From positions 1 to 38,259 of the IMG/VR virus record IMGVR_UViG_3300037276_000069: a stretch of DNA of 38,259 nt, one strand, 5' to 3'. Position 1 is the stretch's first letter. Each line of letters opens with the position of its first letter. Source of the DNA: a virus (lineage: Duplodnaviria; Caudoviricetes). A program made the translations under genes and the position numbers. The notes under the pieces were generated by a model that worked only from the letters and a program-made list of their open reading frames with translations, did not search any database and was not told the DNA's origin. This document shows, piece after piece, positions 1 to 7,580 of this stretch.

Positions 1-422
1 TCAATTCATCTGGCACTTACGTTGCGCAGGCTGGAATTACTGAAGTACAAGTTCGCCTACGCGGAGGAGCTGGAGGAGGATCTGGCGGTGGTGGCGGTGG
101 TGGCGGATCAACAGTAGCTGGCGGTGGCGGTGGCGGTGGCGGAGCGGCCGGCGGGTCAGCTAGTTCTATTTATTATTCAGCTACACTAACGCCTTCGACA
201 TCTTATGCAATTGTAATTGGAGCTGGCGGTGCAGGAGCAAGTGGTGGCGCTGGCGCAACAGCAAATGCTGGCGGTGGAACGGGTGTCCAGGGCTCTAATG
301 GAAATAACGGCGGCACAACATCATTTGGTACATTGTTCAGCGTGGCCGGAAGTATGGCTACAGTAGTTGAAACAGTTGGCGGTGGCTTTCCCGGCAGTGG
401 ATTCTCTGGTGGTTCTGGAATT
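1..422. repeat. Terminal overlap, copy 1 (imperfect direct repeat of 37838-38259); indicates a circular or permuted genome of ~37,837 bp
   Basis: TCAATTCATCTGGCAC...GGTTCTGGAATT at 1-422 recurs at 37838-38259 without indels. I count 14 substitutions. Confidence 0.95.
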
Positions 423-911
423 GGAAATGCGATTTCTTATCCTAATTTTTTTCAAGGTGATTATTCATATTATGCTGAAGTTGGAAATGGTTTATACGCT
501 GGGGCATCCGGGAATGGTGGAGAAAATGGATCAGCTGGTACTGCTGCAACTAACTTCACAGAGGAATCTGCACCTTATTACTTATTAGAATATAGTCAAA
601 CTGTCACTGGCACAGGAGGAACAGCTACGGCTGGTGACACTAATGGTGGCGGTGGCGGTGGTGGTGGCGTGCCATTGCCAGGAGATATGGCATCTTCTGG
701 CGGCACAAGTGGTGCGAATGGTGCTGTGGCGGGTGCCAATGGTGTGAATGCATCTGCTGCTGGAATTAATGGAACAAATGGACTAGGGGGGTTCGGTGGT
801 GCTGGTGGTTCAGGTGGTGGTGCGCTTGCAGTCACCGGAACTGCTGGTGGAAATGGATCAGCTGGTGGCAATGGATCGCATGGCCTCGTTGTAATAGAAT
901 GGGTGGAGTAA
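1..911 (+). CDS. C-terminal part of glycine-rich tail fibre/adhesin (gene begins at 37216 and crosses the junction)
   Basis: Frame 3 is open from base 3 to the stop at 911. It has Gly-rich repeats and ends in GNGSHGLVVIEW, typical of Gly-rich phage fibres. It is in frame with the 37216 ORF through the overlap (~510 aa in total). Confidence 0.85.
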   Translation, partial: NSSGTYVAQAGITEVQVRLRGGAGGGSGGGGGGGGSTVAGGGGGGGGAAGGSASSIYYSATLTPSTSYAIVIGAGGAGASGGAGATANAGGGTGVQGSNGNNGGTTSFGTLFSVAGSMATVVETVGGGFPGSGFSGGSGIGNAISYPNFFQGDYSYYAEVGNGLYAGASGNGGENGSAGTAATNFTEESAPYYLLEYSQTVTGTGGTATAGDTNGGGGGGGGVPLPGDMASSGGTSGANGAVAGANGVNASAAGINGTNGLGGFGGAGGSGGGALAVTGTAGGNGSAGGNGSHGLVVIEWVE

Positions 912-913
912 GC

Positions 914-1315
914 ATGATATACGCAATAATTCAAAACGGAATAATCGTAAATACAATTGTCGTAACGGATGTGTCTTTTCTCTCAAACATTTCAGATGCG
1001 GCAGTTGAACTGGACAGCTATGACCCAATGCCAGGCATAGGATGGACCACAACAGACAATGTTAATTTCTCGCCACCAGTTACGCCTCCGGGGCAGCTCA
1101 TCTGGAAGAACTTCATAGCTACAAAGCAAAACTTAACCCACGGTCAGATGTCCAGACTAATGAAGGACACGCAATCGGTCAGACAAGATTTAATGGCGGG
1201 TAATTTTGCAGACGCTCTAACCGATGTCGGGTTGCTTGCGATTGACGGAACCATACTAACCGCTAGCGATATCACAAGCCTAACAAATACCATACAAGCG
1301 CAGATTGATTCATGA
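914..1315 (+). CDS. Putative tail fibre assembly/chaperone protein
   Basis: The N-terminus MIYAIIQNGIIVNTIVV...PGIGWT resembles small proteins that usually follow Gly-rich fibres. ATG at 914 directly follows the fibre stop. Confidence 0.6.
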   Translation: MIYAIIQNGIIVNTIVVTDVSFLSNISDAAVELDSYDPMPGIGWTTTDNVNFSPPVTPPGQLIWKNFIATKQNLTHGQMSRLMKDTQSVRQDLMAGNFADALTDVGLLAIDGTILTASDITSLTNTIQAQIDS

Positions 1316-1521
1316 TGGACTGGTTACACTTTGCAGAGTGGCTGTTTTACGGAGTCTTAAGCGGTGCAGCCCTTTACGGAGTCCACGTCCTGGGGAAGCT
1401 CCAGGAATCAGTCGAACTGCTTAACGTAAGGATCGCGGTCATAGTCGAGAAGGTAACCTCCCACGAAAAAATCCTCGACAGACATGAGACCTCCATAGCA
1501 GACTTAAAGGCCAAGACTTAA
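1312..1521 (+). CDS. Single-TM membrane protein with coiled coil (holin/XhlA-like candidate)
   Basis: N-terminal hydrophobic helix (WLFYGVLSGAALYGVHVL) followed by a heptad-like tail; lies in the lysis-type cluster. Confidence 0.5.
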   Translation: MMDWLHFAEWLFYGVLSGAALYGVHVLGKLQESVELLNVRIAVIVEKVTSHEKILDRHETSIADLKAKT

Positions 1522-1537
1522 CCTTAAGGAGAACCCC

Positions 1538-1756
1538 ATGGCAGTAGATCTTTCCGCCCTAACAGCAGTGCTTGCGAAACTTGAGTCCGATGACCTTGCG
1601 ATCCTGGAATCCTCTCTGGTTCCTGCGCTGCTGGGATTAGCCGTCTCCGCAACCCCAGTAGCTTACCAGCCTCTGGAGAATGCGATCATCTCTGCCCTGC
1701 AACCAGTTCTTCAAACGGAACTTGCAGCCCTATTGGCAAAAATCCCAAGTCCGTAA
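1538..1756 (+). CDS. Hypothetical hydrophobic protein
   Basis: AAGGAG RBS; Leu/Ala-rich 72 aa. Confidence 0.6.
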   Translation: MAVDLSALTAVLAKLESDDLAILESSLVPALLGLAVSATPVAYQPLENAIISALQPVLQTELAALLAKIPSP

Positions 1757-1769
1757 CTAAGGAGGCTCC

Positions 1770-1979
1770 GTGCTCGTGAGACTACTCAGTGAGTCCGGAG
1801 ACATCTCATGCATGAGAGTGATGTCGCTCTTATCTTTATGCTTTGGCTTTGCTGTCTTTATTTCTGGCTTAGTCGCTGGCCGTGATCTCAGTCAGGTCTC
1901 CGTAATCGTCGGTATCTTCGTCGGCGCCGCTTTCGGCGGTAAGGTCGCACAGAAGTTCGGAGAGACAAGTGGCAAGTAA
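1770..1979 (+). CDS. Two-TM holin-like protein
   Basis: AAGGAGG RBS. S-x-x-R precedes TM1, and TM2 ends in GGKVAQKFGE, a pattern common in small phage holins. Confidence 0.6.
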   Translation: MLVRLLSESGDISCMRVMSLLSLCFGFAVFISGLVAGRDLSQVSVIVGIFVGAAFGGKVAQKFGETSGK

Positions 1980-2367
1980 CTCTGCGATTACTAACGCAGT
2001 AATCTCCCTACTGACTCCAGCTGCCCCAGGCAGTACTGCGAATCAGACCGTGATGACGGCCGAAAGTGACGCAGCCTCAGCTCTTACGACCATAGCCCAG
2101 ACTGCCCTGCTCACAGTACCCTTCACGCAGATCCCTGTCCTTAAGCAGATCATCGACGGTGTGATCTCAGTGATTGTCAATGTGATCGTGAGTAAGGTTG
2201 ACGACGGCGTGTATGACATAATCGCAACTGTACAGAATGCGCATAATGCGGCGAACGTCACCGCAGATCAAGCGTCCTATAATACGAATCCAAATGCTGC
2301 TAATCAGGCGCAACTCGAAAATGACGCAAGTAACACGATCTCATTCGTAGGGAGTAAACCGAGATGA
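1969..2367 (+). CDS. Hypothetical protein, possible inner-membrane spanin partner
   Basis: Translationally coupled between the holin-like gene and the lipoprotein gene; amphipathic/hydrophobic middle segment. Confidence 0.45.
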   Translation: MASNSAITNAVISLLTPAAPGSTANQTVMTAESDAASALTTIAQTALLTVPFTQIPVLKQIIDGVISVIVNVIVSKVDDGVYDIIATVQNAHNAANVTADQASYNTNPNAANQAQLENDASNTISFVGSKPR

Positions 2368-2774
2368 CATACTTAAGTAGGCTAAACAATGTTATAACAG
2401 TACTTTATAGTGTACTAATACTCAGCGGGTGTGCTTCCTTCCCGGACGTCCCAGTCTGCGTTTTCGAAGGCAGTCAGGGTTACTGCGATACGACACTGGA
2501 TGCGAATCAGAGTGAGTCCTTTCACCTGGATGACACTTCGCAGTTCTACACGGACTCAAGCGGGAATAAATTCACATGGGACCAACTCGTCCGTGCCTCC
2601 TACATAGTCCCACCGAATACCTGGTCAGCGATTGAATCCTTCGTCCAGGCTTACTGTCATCAGAACAACGGTGTCGGCTGTAACGGCGTCGGTCAGTGGT
2701 TCGGAGGCGCCACATCTCAAGCCTTAAAAAGTAGAATTCAGACCTCTCAGGAGGCCGTACTAAGAAACCGATGA
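2364..2774 (+). CDS. Lipoprotein, o-spanin (Rz1-like) candidate
   Basis: Signal peptide with lipobox ILSG-C, several downstream Cys, last gene before a terminator-like hairpin. Confidence 0.6.
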   Translation: MTYLSRLNNVITVLYSVLILSGCASFPDVPVCVFEGSQGYCDTTLDANQSESFHLDDTSQFYTDSSGNKFTWDQLVRASYIVPPNTWSAIESFVQAYCHQNNGVGCNGVGQWFGGATSQALKSRIQTSQEAVLRNR

Positions 2775-2805
2775 CTTACGGCTCTGCGTAAGTAAATCAT
2801 TTTTT
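2771..2805 (+). terminator. Probable intrinsic terminator ending the fibre/lysis module
   Basis: Stem ACTTACG (2774-2780)/CGTAAGT (2787-2793), extendable by ATGA/TCAT, followed by a T-run at 2800-2805. Confidence 0.55.
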
Positions 2806-2853
2806 CGTGACAACTGGTAACCACCCGCTTTACTACTCAAGTCACGGGGTAAT

Positions 2854-3885
2854 ATGGAAATTCAATTCGATACAGGTCAGAGCCTTCCCATTTCTTCGGA
2901 AGGCCCAAAGGAAATGCTGTCCGTCTCTCAGCTGCCAAGCGGTAAGACAAAGGTACGTGTGAACTTCAGCTCACTCAGTCTCATGCAGGAATGCTGGCGT
3001 AAGACTGAGTACTCCCTGGTCCGTGGCCTCCGCTCAAACCTAGAATCACCGGCGACACTCTTTGGCTCCGCCATCCATAAGGGACTAGAAGTCTTCTATT
3101 CGGGATCGCGAAGCGAGCGGGTTATCCCGGTTGGTTACTCGGATACGATGGCCATGATCGGATGCGGCTCCTGGCAACCTGAATGGGCGTTCTCCCTTTT
3201 ATTCCGCGCAGCGCAGGCCTTCGTTGCCAGGGCCGCAGCCCTCTCGGCCCTTCCCCCCGATAACAAGAGGTCCATCGCAACGGGAGCCTGGATGCTCCAG
3301 CATTACTTCCTCACTTATATAAATGACCCGTGGGTTGTGCTGTGTGACGAGCAGGGTCCGATTACGGAGCGAAAGTTCTCCCTACCAATCTACGAGGCGG
3401 AAGATCTGGAAATTGAAGGCTTCGGGCAGATTGATGTGATCCTTCGGAACGAACAGACAGGTGTCATCCTTGCAGCAGATCATAAGACTACAAGTATGTT
3501 AGGCACTCAATTCTATCAGAGGCTCAATCCTAATCATCAGTATACGTTCTACACTATGGCTGCACGGGAAGTCTTCGGACTCCAGACTAACTCCTTCCTA
3601 GTCAATGCCCTCCAGGTTAAGGAGAAGCCTAAGACTGCGCGGGGTTCTGTACCGGACTTCGCACGGCAGGTTACTACGAGAACAGAGGAAGACTTCACGG
3701 AGCTCAGATCCGCCCTCATGAAGAATGTTCGTGAGTTCCTCTTCTGCCTTGAGGAAGGTTACTTCCCGCAGACGGCACCCGGACCCTGCTCGAATTATGG
3801 TGGGTGTCAGTATCTTGACATCTGCTCAGCCCCCGCTCAACTTCGCGAAACAATAATCAAAGCACGCTTTCAGGAGAAGACATGA
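2854..3885 (+). CDS. PD-(D/E)XK exonuclease (Cas4/RecB-like)
   Basis: Motifs FGSAIHKGLE, ERKF, GQIDVI, DHKTT and HQYTFY, plus terminal Cys residues (C-W...C-x5-C-x5-C) consistent with an Fe-S-binding Cas4-like fold. Confidence 0.85.
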   Translation: MEIQFDTGQSLPISSEGPKEMLSVSQLPSGKTKVRVNFSSLSLMQECWRKTEYSLVRGLRSNLESPATLFGSAIHKGLEVFYSGSRSERVIPVGYSDTMAMIGCGSWQPEWAFSLLFRAAQAFVARAAALSALPPDNKRSIATGAWMLQHYFLTYINDPWVVLCDEQGPITERKFSLPIYEAEDLEIEGFGQIDVILRNEQTGVILAADHKTTSMLGTQFYQRLNPNHQYTFYTMAAREVFGLQTNSFLVNALQVKEKPKTARGSVPDFARQVTTRTEEDFTELRSALMKNVREFLFCLEEGYFPQTAPGPCSNYGGCQYLDICSAPAQLRETIIKARFQEKT

Positions 3886-4619
3886 AACTCAGTGAACTCA
3901 AGACCACGAACCTAATTAAGTTACTCCTCTACGGTCAGCCCGGAGCAGGTAAGACAGTTTTCGCTTCCTCCTTTCCGGGTCCTATTCTGGTCTTCGACTT
4001 CGACAATAAGATGAGCTCCGCAGCTCGCTTCTTCGCCTCTGACAAGGAGCGCATGAATCAGATCGAAGTGATCTCCCTAGGCGCGGCCCTGAAGACAGAC
4101 CCTATTGACCTGATGACAAAGCATGTCGACCAACTCGTAAAGGAGCAGCAAAGTGGAACCTACACTTACAGGACTCTTGTCGTTGACAGTATTACTACTT
4201 TCAGCGCAGCTTGCCTGCTTCACATTGTACGAACTAATCCGGGTATTAAGAGAGTGGAAACGCAACAAGGCTTTCAGCCGGGGATGCAAGATTACGGTAT
4301 TCTTAAGCGTGAGTTTACTCGCCTTATTCCTGGCCTTCTATCTCTCGACATGAATGTTGTAATGCTCGGCCATGAGTCCCTAGATAAGGATGAAATTACG
4401 GGGGAGCTAATTCGGGGTGTGACTATGGATGGATCCTTCTCGCAGCAGCTGCCCGTTTATTTTGAGGAGGTCTGGCGAGCCTTCGTGAAAGAGGATAAGG
4501 GTGTCCGTTCGTATTGGGCTCAGACTCAGTCTGACGGTAAGTACAAGTGCAGAAGCCAGATTCCAGGTTTACCTGCCCAGATTCCGCTGTCTTATCCAGA
4601 GCTAATTAAACAACGATAA
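3882..4619 (+). CDS. AAA_24/Sak4-like ATPase (ssDNA-annealing recombinase)
   Basis: Walker A YGQPGAGKT, Walker B LVVDSIT, LGHE motif; sits between exonuclease and SSB, the typical Sak4 context. Confidence 0.85.
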   Translation: MKLSELKTTNLIKLLLYGQPGAGKTVFASSFPGPILVFDFDNKMSSAARFFASDKERMNQIEVISLGAALKTDPIDLMTKHVDQLVKEQQSGTYTYRTLVVDSITTFSAACLLHIVRTNPGIKRVETQQGFQPGMQDYGILKREFTRLIPGLLSLDMNVVMLGHESLDKDEITGELIRGVTMDGSFSQQLPVYFEEVWRAFVKEDKGVRSYWAQTQSDGKYKCRSQIPGLPAQIPLSYPELIKQR

Positions 4620-4656
4620 CAAACGGGCATGAGCCCACAACACGAAAGGAATAGTC

Positions 4657-5043
4657 ATGGCACTAATTACGCCTGATTTTTCGGAAGTAACCGAGTCACA
4701 ACCCATTCAGCCAGGAACCTACCCTGCGCGGATCATCGCAGATGAAGTGGGAAACAGTAAGGCAGGAAATCCAATGGTCAAATGGACCTTGAGCCTGTTC
4801 GGCGACCCCGCTTGGAATAACCGTCAGATCTTCCACAGGACTCCAACGACGGGCAAAGGAGCCTTCCGTCTGCAGGAAATCTACAAGGCTGCGATGAACG
4901 AGCCTTTAGCAAAGGGAATGAACTTCGATACAGCGCAACTGATCGGGCGCGAAGTTACCGTAACCCTACAGCAGGGCACGGATCAGGATGGCAATCCGAG
5001 TAAATACCCGGAAGTCAAAGCTATCACCGCTTATAAGCAGTAA
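4657..5043 (+). CDS. DUF669-like single-stranded DNA-binding protein
   Basis: PGTYPARI...SKAGNPMVKW...LIGREVTVT pattern; follows the Sak4-like gene. Confidence 0.75.
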   Translation: MALITPDFSEVTESQPIQPGTYPARIIADEVGNSKAGNPMVKWTLSLFGDPAWNNRQIFHRTPTTGKGAFRLQEIYKAAMNEPLAKGMNFDTAQLIGREVTVTLQQGTDQDGNPSKYPEVKAITAYKQ

Positions 5044-5051
5044 CACACCAT

Positions 5052-5115
5052 GGCTCAGGTCAGTTGATCCTAGCTGCTCTCCCCGGGCACGAAGGATGTC
5101 TTACTGACTTGAGCC
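5052..5115 (+). other. Intergenic multi-stem RNA hairpin between SSB and DNA polymerase
   Basis: GGCTCAGGTCAGT/ACTGACTTGAGCC forms 13 bp with one G-U pair; inner stems ATCCT/AGGAT and TGCTC/GGGCA. Confidence 0.55.
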
Positions 5116-5175
5116 TGATTCTCTCCGGGGATCTTTCTCATCTCGAATAAACAACAGCACTAAAGGGGGCTTTGA

Positions 5176-7374
5176 GTGCGCAGCGTCTGTGTGATTTCCG
5201 ATCGTCCTCTGACGGGAATCTGGGAGCGAGACTTTCTTCTCCGTAAGCTCCTCGGCGCCGGAATACGTCCTGAGGAGATCACCTGGTCAGACCTCTCCCA
5301 GGTGAGACCTGTAGCTAACGTGACTCTCCTCCTAGGTGAGCGTTGCCTCGCCGCTCTCACTGAGCACTCCGGAATCGACAAGTGGCACTGCTCCGTGATC
5401 ACAGCAAAAGACGGGCGAAAGGTCATCCCCTGTCACGACCTCAGTCGCGTAATGAAGGACTTGAGCCTCCAGGTCTGGGTCGGAATCTGTGCGACGAAAG
5501 CGGCGAAAGAATCAGAAACCCCAGACCTTAAGGAGGTCAAACGTGAGTTCCTTCTCAATCCCCCTCTCCCGGAAACGCTCGATTACCTTCGTGATCGTGT
5601 GGCCAAGGCTGATCTGGTATCAGTCGATATCGAAACGGGAAGGGGTCAGATCAATACGATCGGATTCGCCGTCTCTCCCTACGAGGCAATCGCAATCAAC
5701 GTACTACCTTCACGACTGGCAGCAGGACCTTTCCAACAACTCTGGTCTGCGGTGGAAGAAATATGCTCCTCTTCCCGACCCAAGATCTTCCAGAACTTTA
5801 TATACGAACATCAATACCTTAGCCGATACGGAGTCCGCCTACGAGGAGTGACCCACGATACGATGATCTGCCAGAAGTTCCTCTGGCCCGAATTCGAAAT
5901 GGGTCTCGATGCCATTGGGCGCATGTATACGGACCTTCCTTACTGGAAGGAGGACGGTAAGTCCTGGAATGATATCAGGGACTGGGAAAGGCACTATGAA
6001 TACAACTGTAAGGATACGACGGGCACCTTCGCAGGCTACCTCGGGCAGCGGGCGGATCTTAAGGCCCGCAGCCTCACGGACCTTCATGATAAGTACATCG
6101 TGCGACTTTACCAGGCAGTCGCAGAGATGTGCGCTCGGGGACTTCCTGTCTCTCCGGATCACCTCGCACGACTGCAGAAGGAAGTGGCAACCGAGCTCGG
6201 AGTTACTTCTCTGGCCCTAGCTTCCGAAGCTCCCGGACTCAATCCGAAGTCACCCGCGCAGGTTAAGAAGTTCCTCTCCGGGAAGGGCTACAGCATACCG
6301 AAGAAGTACGATGCGAAGACTAAGACCTACAAGGAGAGTACGGATGAAAAATCCCTCAAGAAGCTCAGACTTAAATACCCTACCGACGGAAGCCTCAGTC
6401 TGCTCCTTCGTACCGCCAAGCTCAATAAAGCCTCTTCCTCTTACCTCAACTTCGACTTCGATCGCGACGATAGAATGCGTTACTCACTTACTGCTGCAGC
6501 AACTGAGACACTCCGGATGGCAGGGTACTGTGATCCCTGGGGCAATGGAGTCAATCCCCAAACTATACCGGGGGGTAATAAAGGTATTAATATTAAAAGC
6601 GCATTTCAGACTAAGCCCGGAACCGTCCTCCTCGCAGTGGACCTTCGCCAGGCAGAGTCTCGATTCGTTGCTTACGACTCAGCCGACCTTAACCTCATTC
6701 AGACTCTCGAAGATCCGCTACGGGACATTCACAGTGAGGTCGCCTGCCAGATACTACAAACTTTAGGTAAGCCTCTCAGCCTTATGACAGATCCGAAGAC
6801 TAAGAAATTCTGGCGACAGCTCGGGAAGAAGTCCGGTCACGGAGCTAATTACAGTATGAAGGAGGCGACTTTCATGGACTCCTGTATTCAGGAGATGGAT
6901 GTCGTCCTGACGAAGCAGGAGGCGACAGGGATCCTCGAGGCCTATCATCAGCTCTTTCCCGGGATTCGCCTGTGGCACAAGAGACTTCGAACGGAACTCG
7001 CTCAGCAGAGGAAGCTCACGACACCTTTCGGCTGGGAACGCTACTTCTACGGGCGCCTAGACGATGATATGTTCAGGCAGGCCTACGCCTTCCGCCCACA
7101 GTCAACTATTCCCTTCATCACTAATAGGCTAATGCTTCATCTCCTGGACCTGCGCGACAGAGGTGAGACAACGTTCGGCCTCCTTCTTCAGTGCCACGAC
7201 TCGTTACTACTTGAATGTCCGCCCGAAGAAGTGGTTACCTTAGCTGAAGCCGCCTCCAAGACGGAGGACTGGCACCCACTGATCGAACTGTCCGGCGGAA
7301 TCTTAGTCATACCGACTGAGACTGAAGTCGGTCCCAACTATGGAGAGATGACTAAATGGACCCCAAAGCAGTAG
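5176..7374 (+). CDS. polA: Family A DNA polymerase with 3'-5' exonuclease and degenerate N-terminal UDG-like domain
   Basis: ExoI SVDIET, ExoII QNFIYE, ExoIII YNCKD; motif A VDLRQAESR, motif B RQLGKKSGHGANY, motif C QCHDSL. Confidence 0.92.
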   Translation: MRSVCVISDRPLTGIWERDFLLRKLLGAGIRPEEITWSDLSQVRPVANVTLLLGERCLAALTEHSGIDKWHCSVITAKDGRKVIPCHDLSRVMKDLSLQVWVGICATKAAKESETPDLKEVKREFLLNPPLPETLDYLRDRVAKADLVSVDIETGRGQINTIGFAVSPYEAIAINVLPSRLAAGPFQQLWSAVEEICSSSRPKIFQNFIYEHQYLSRYGVRLRGVTHDTMICQKFLWPEFEMGLDAIGRMYTDLPYWKEDGKSWNDIRDWERHYEYNCKDTTGTFAGYLGQRADLKARSLTDLHDKYIVRLYQAVAEMCARGLPVSPDHLARLQKEVATELGVTSLALASEAPGLNPKSPAQVKKFLSGKGYSIPKKYDAKTKTYKESTDEKSLKKLRLKYPTDGSLSLLLRTAKLNKASSSYLNFDFDRDDRMRYSLTAAATETLRMAGYCDPWGNGVNPQTIPGGNKGINIKSAFQTKPGTVLLAVDLRQAESRFVAYDSADLNLIQTLEDPLRDIHSEVACQILQTLGKPLSLMTDPKTKKFWRQLGKKSGHGANYSMKEATFMDSCIQEMDVVLTKQEATGILEAYHQLFPGIRLWHKRLRTELAQQRKLTTPFGWERYFYGRLDDDMFRQAYAFRPQSTIPFITNRLMLHLLDLRDRGETTFGLLLQCHDSLLLECPPEEVVTLAEAASKTEDWHPLIELSGGILVIPTETEVGPNYGEMTKWTPKQ

Positions 7375-7550
7375 ACCCTAAGTCTGGTCTTAATGGCGCG
7401 CCTTTCAACGATGAGATGCGCGTGAAGCTTGAACTTCAGCGGGCAATCCTGCAGGTTACGCAGGAATTCCTTAAGGAGAACCGCGCGAAGATCCTGGAGC
7501 GCGCACAGGCCCGCCTGAAGGTCCTGACCGCACAACGTGAGACAACGTGA
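7356..7550 (+). CDS. Hypothetical helical protein
   Basis: 64 aa ORF overlapping the polA end; its stop falls inside the 10-bp repeat array. Confidence 0.5.
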   Translation: MDPKAVDPKSGLNGAPFNDEMRVKLELQRAILQVTQEFLKENRAKILERAQARLKVLTAQRETT

Positions 7551-7580
7551 GACAACGTGAGACAAAGTGAGACAACGTGA
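7531..7580 (+). repeat. Five tandem 10-bp repeats GACAACGTGA (iteron-like)
   Basis: CACAACGTGA GACAACGTGA GACAACGTGA GACAAAGTGA GACAACGTGA; the last copy contains the helicase GTG start. Confidence 0.95.

Noticed and set aside
1-422. Diversity-generating retroelement (TR/VR pair) explaining the divergent repeat copies
   Set aside because: Mismatches are not confined to adenines in either copy or strand, most are synonymous, and no reverse transcriptase is present.
596-934. Pro-rich minus-strand ORF
   Set aside because: Antisense shadow of Gly codons in the fibre gene.
4658-4672. Additional sigma54 promoter (TGGCACTAATTACGC) and the TGGCAC words in the 40-bp inverted repeat arms
   Set aside because: They lack the TTGC -12 element; the first overlaps the SSB start codon.
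7531-7580. CRISPR array
   Set aside because: 10-bp units are directly adjacent with no spacers and there is no cas operon. The Cas4-like nuclease is a common stand-alone phage exonuclease.
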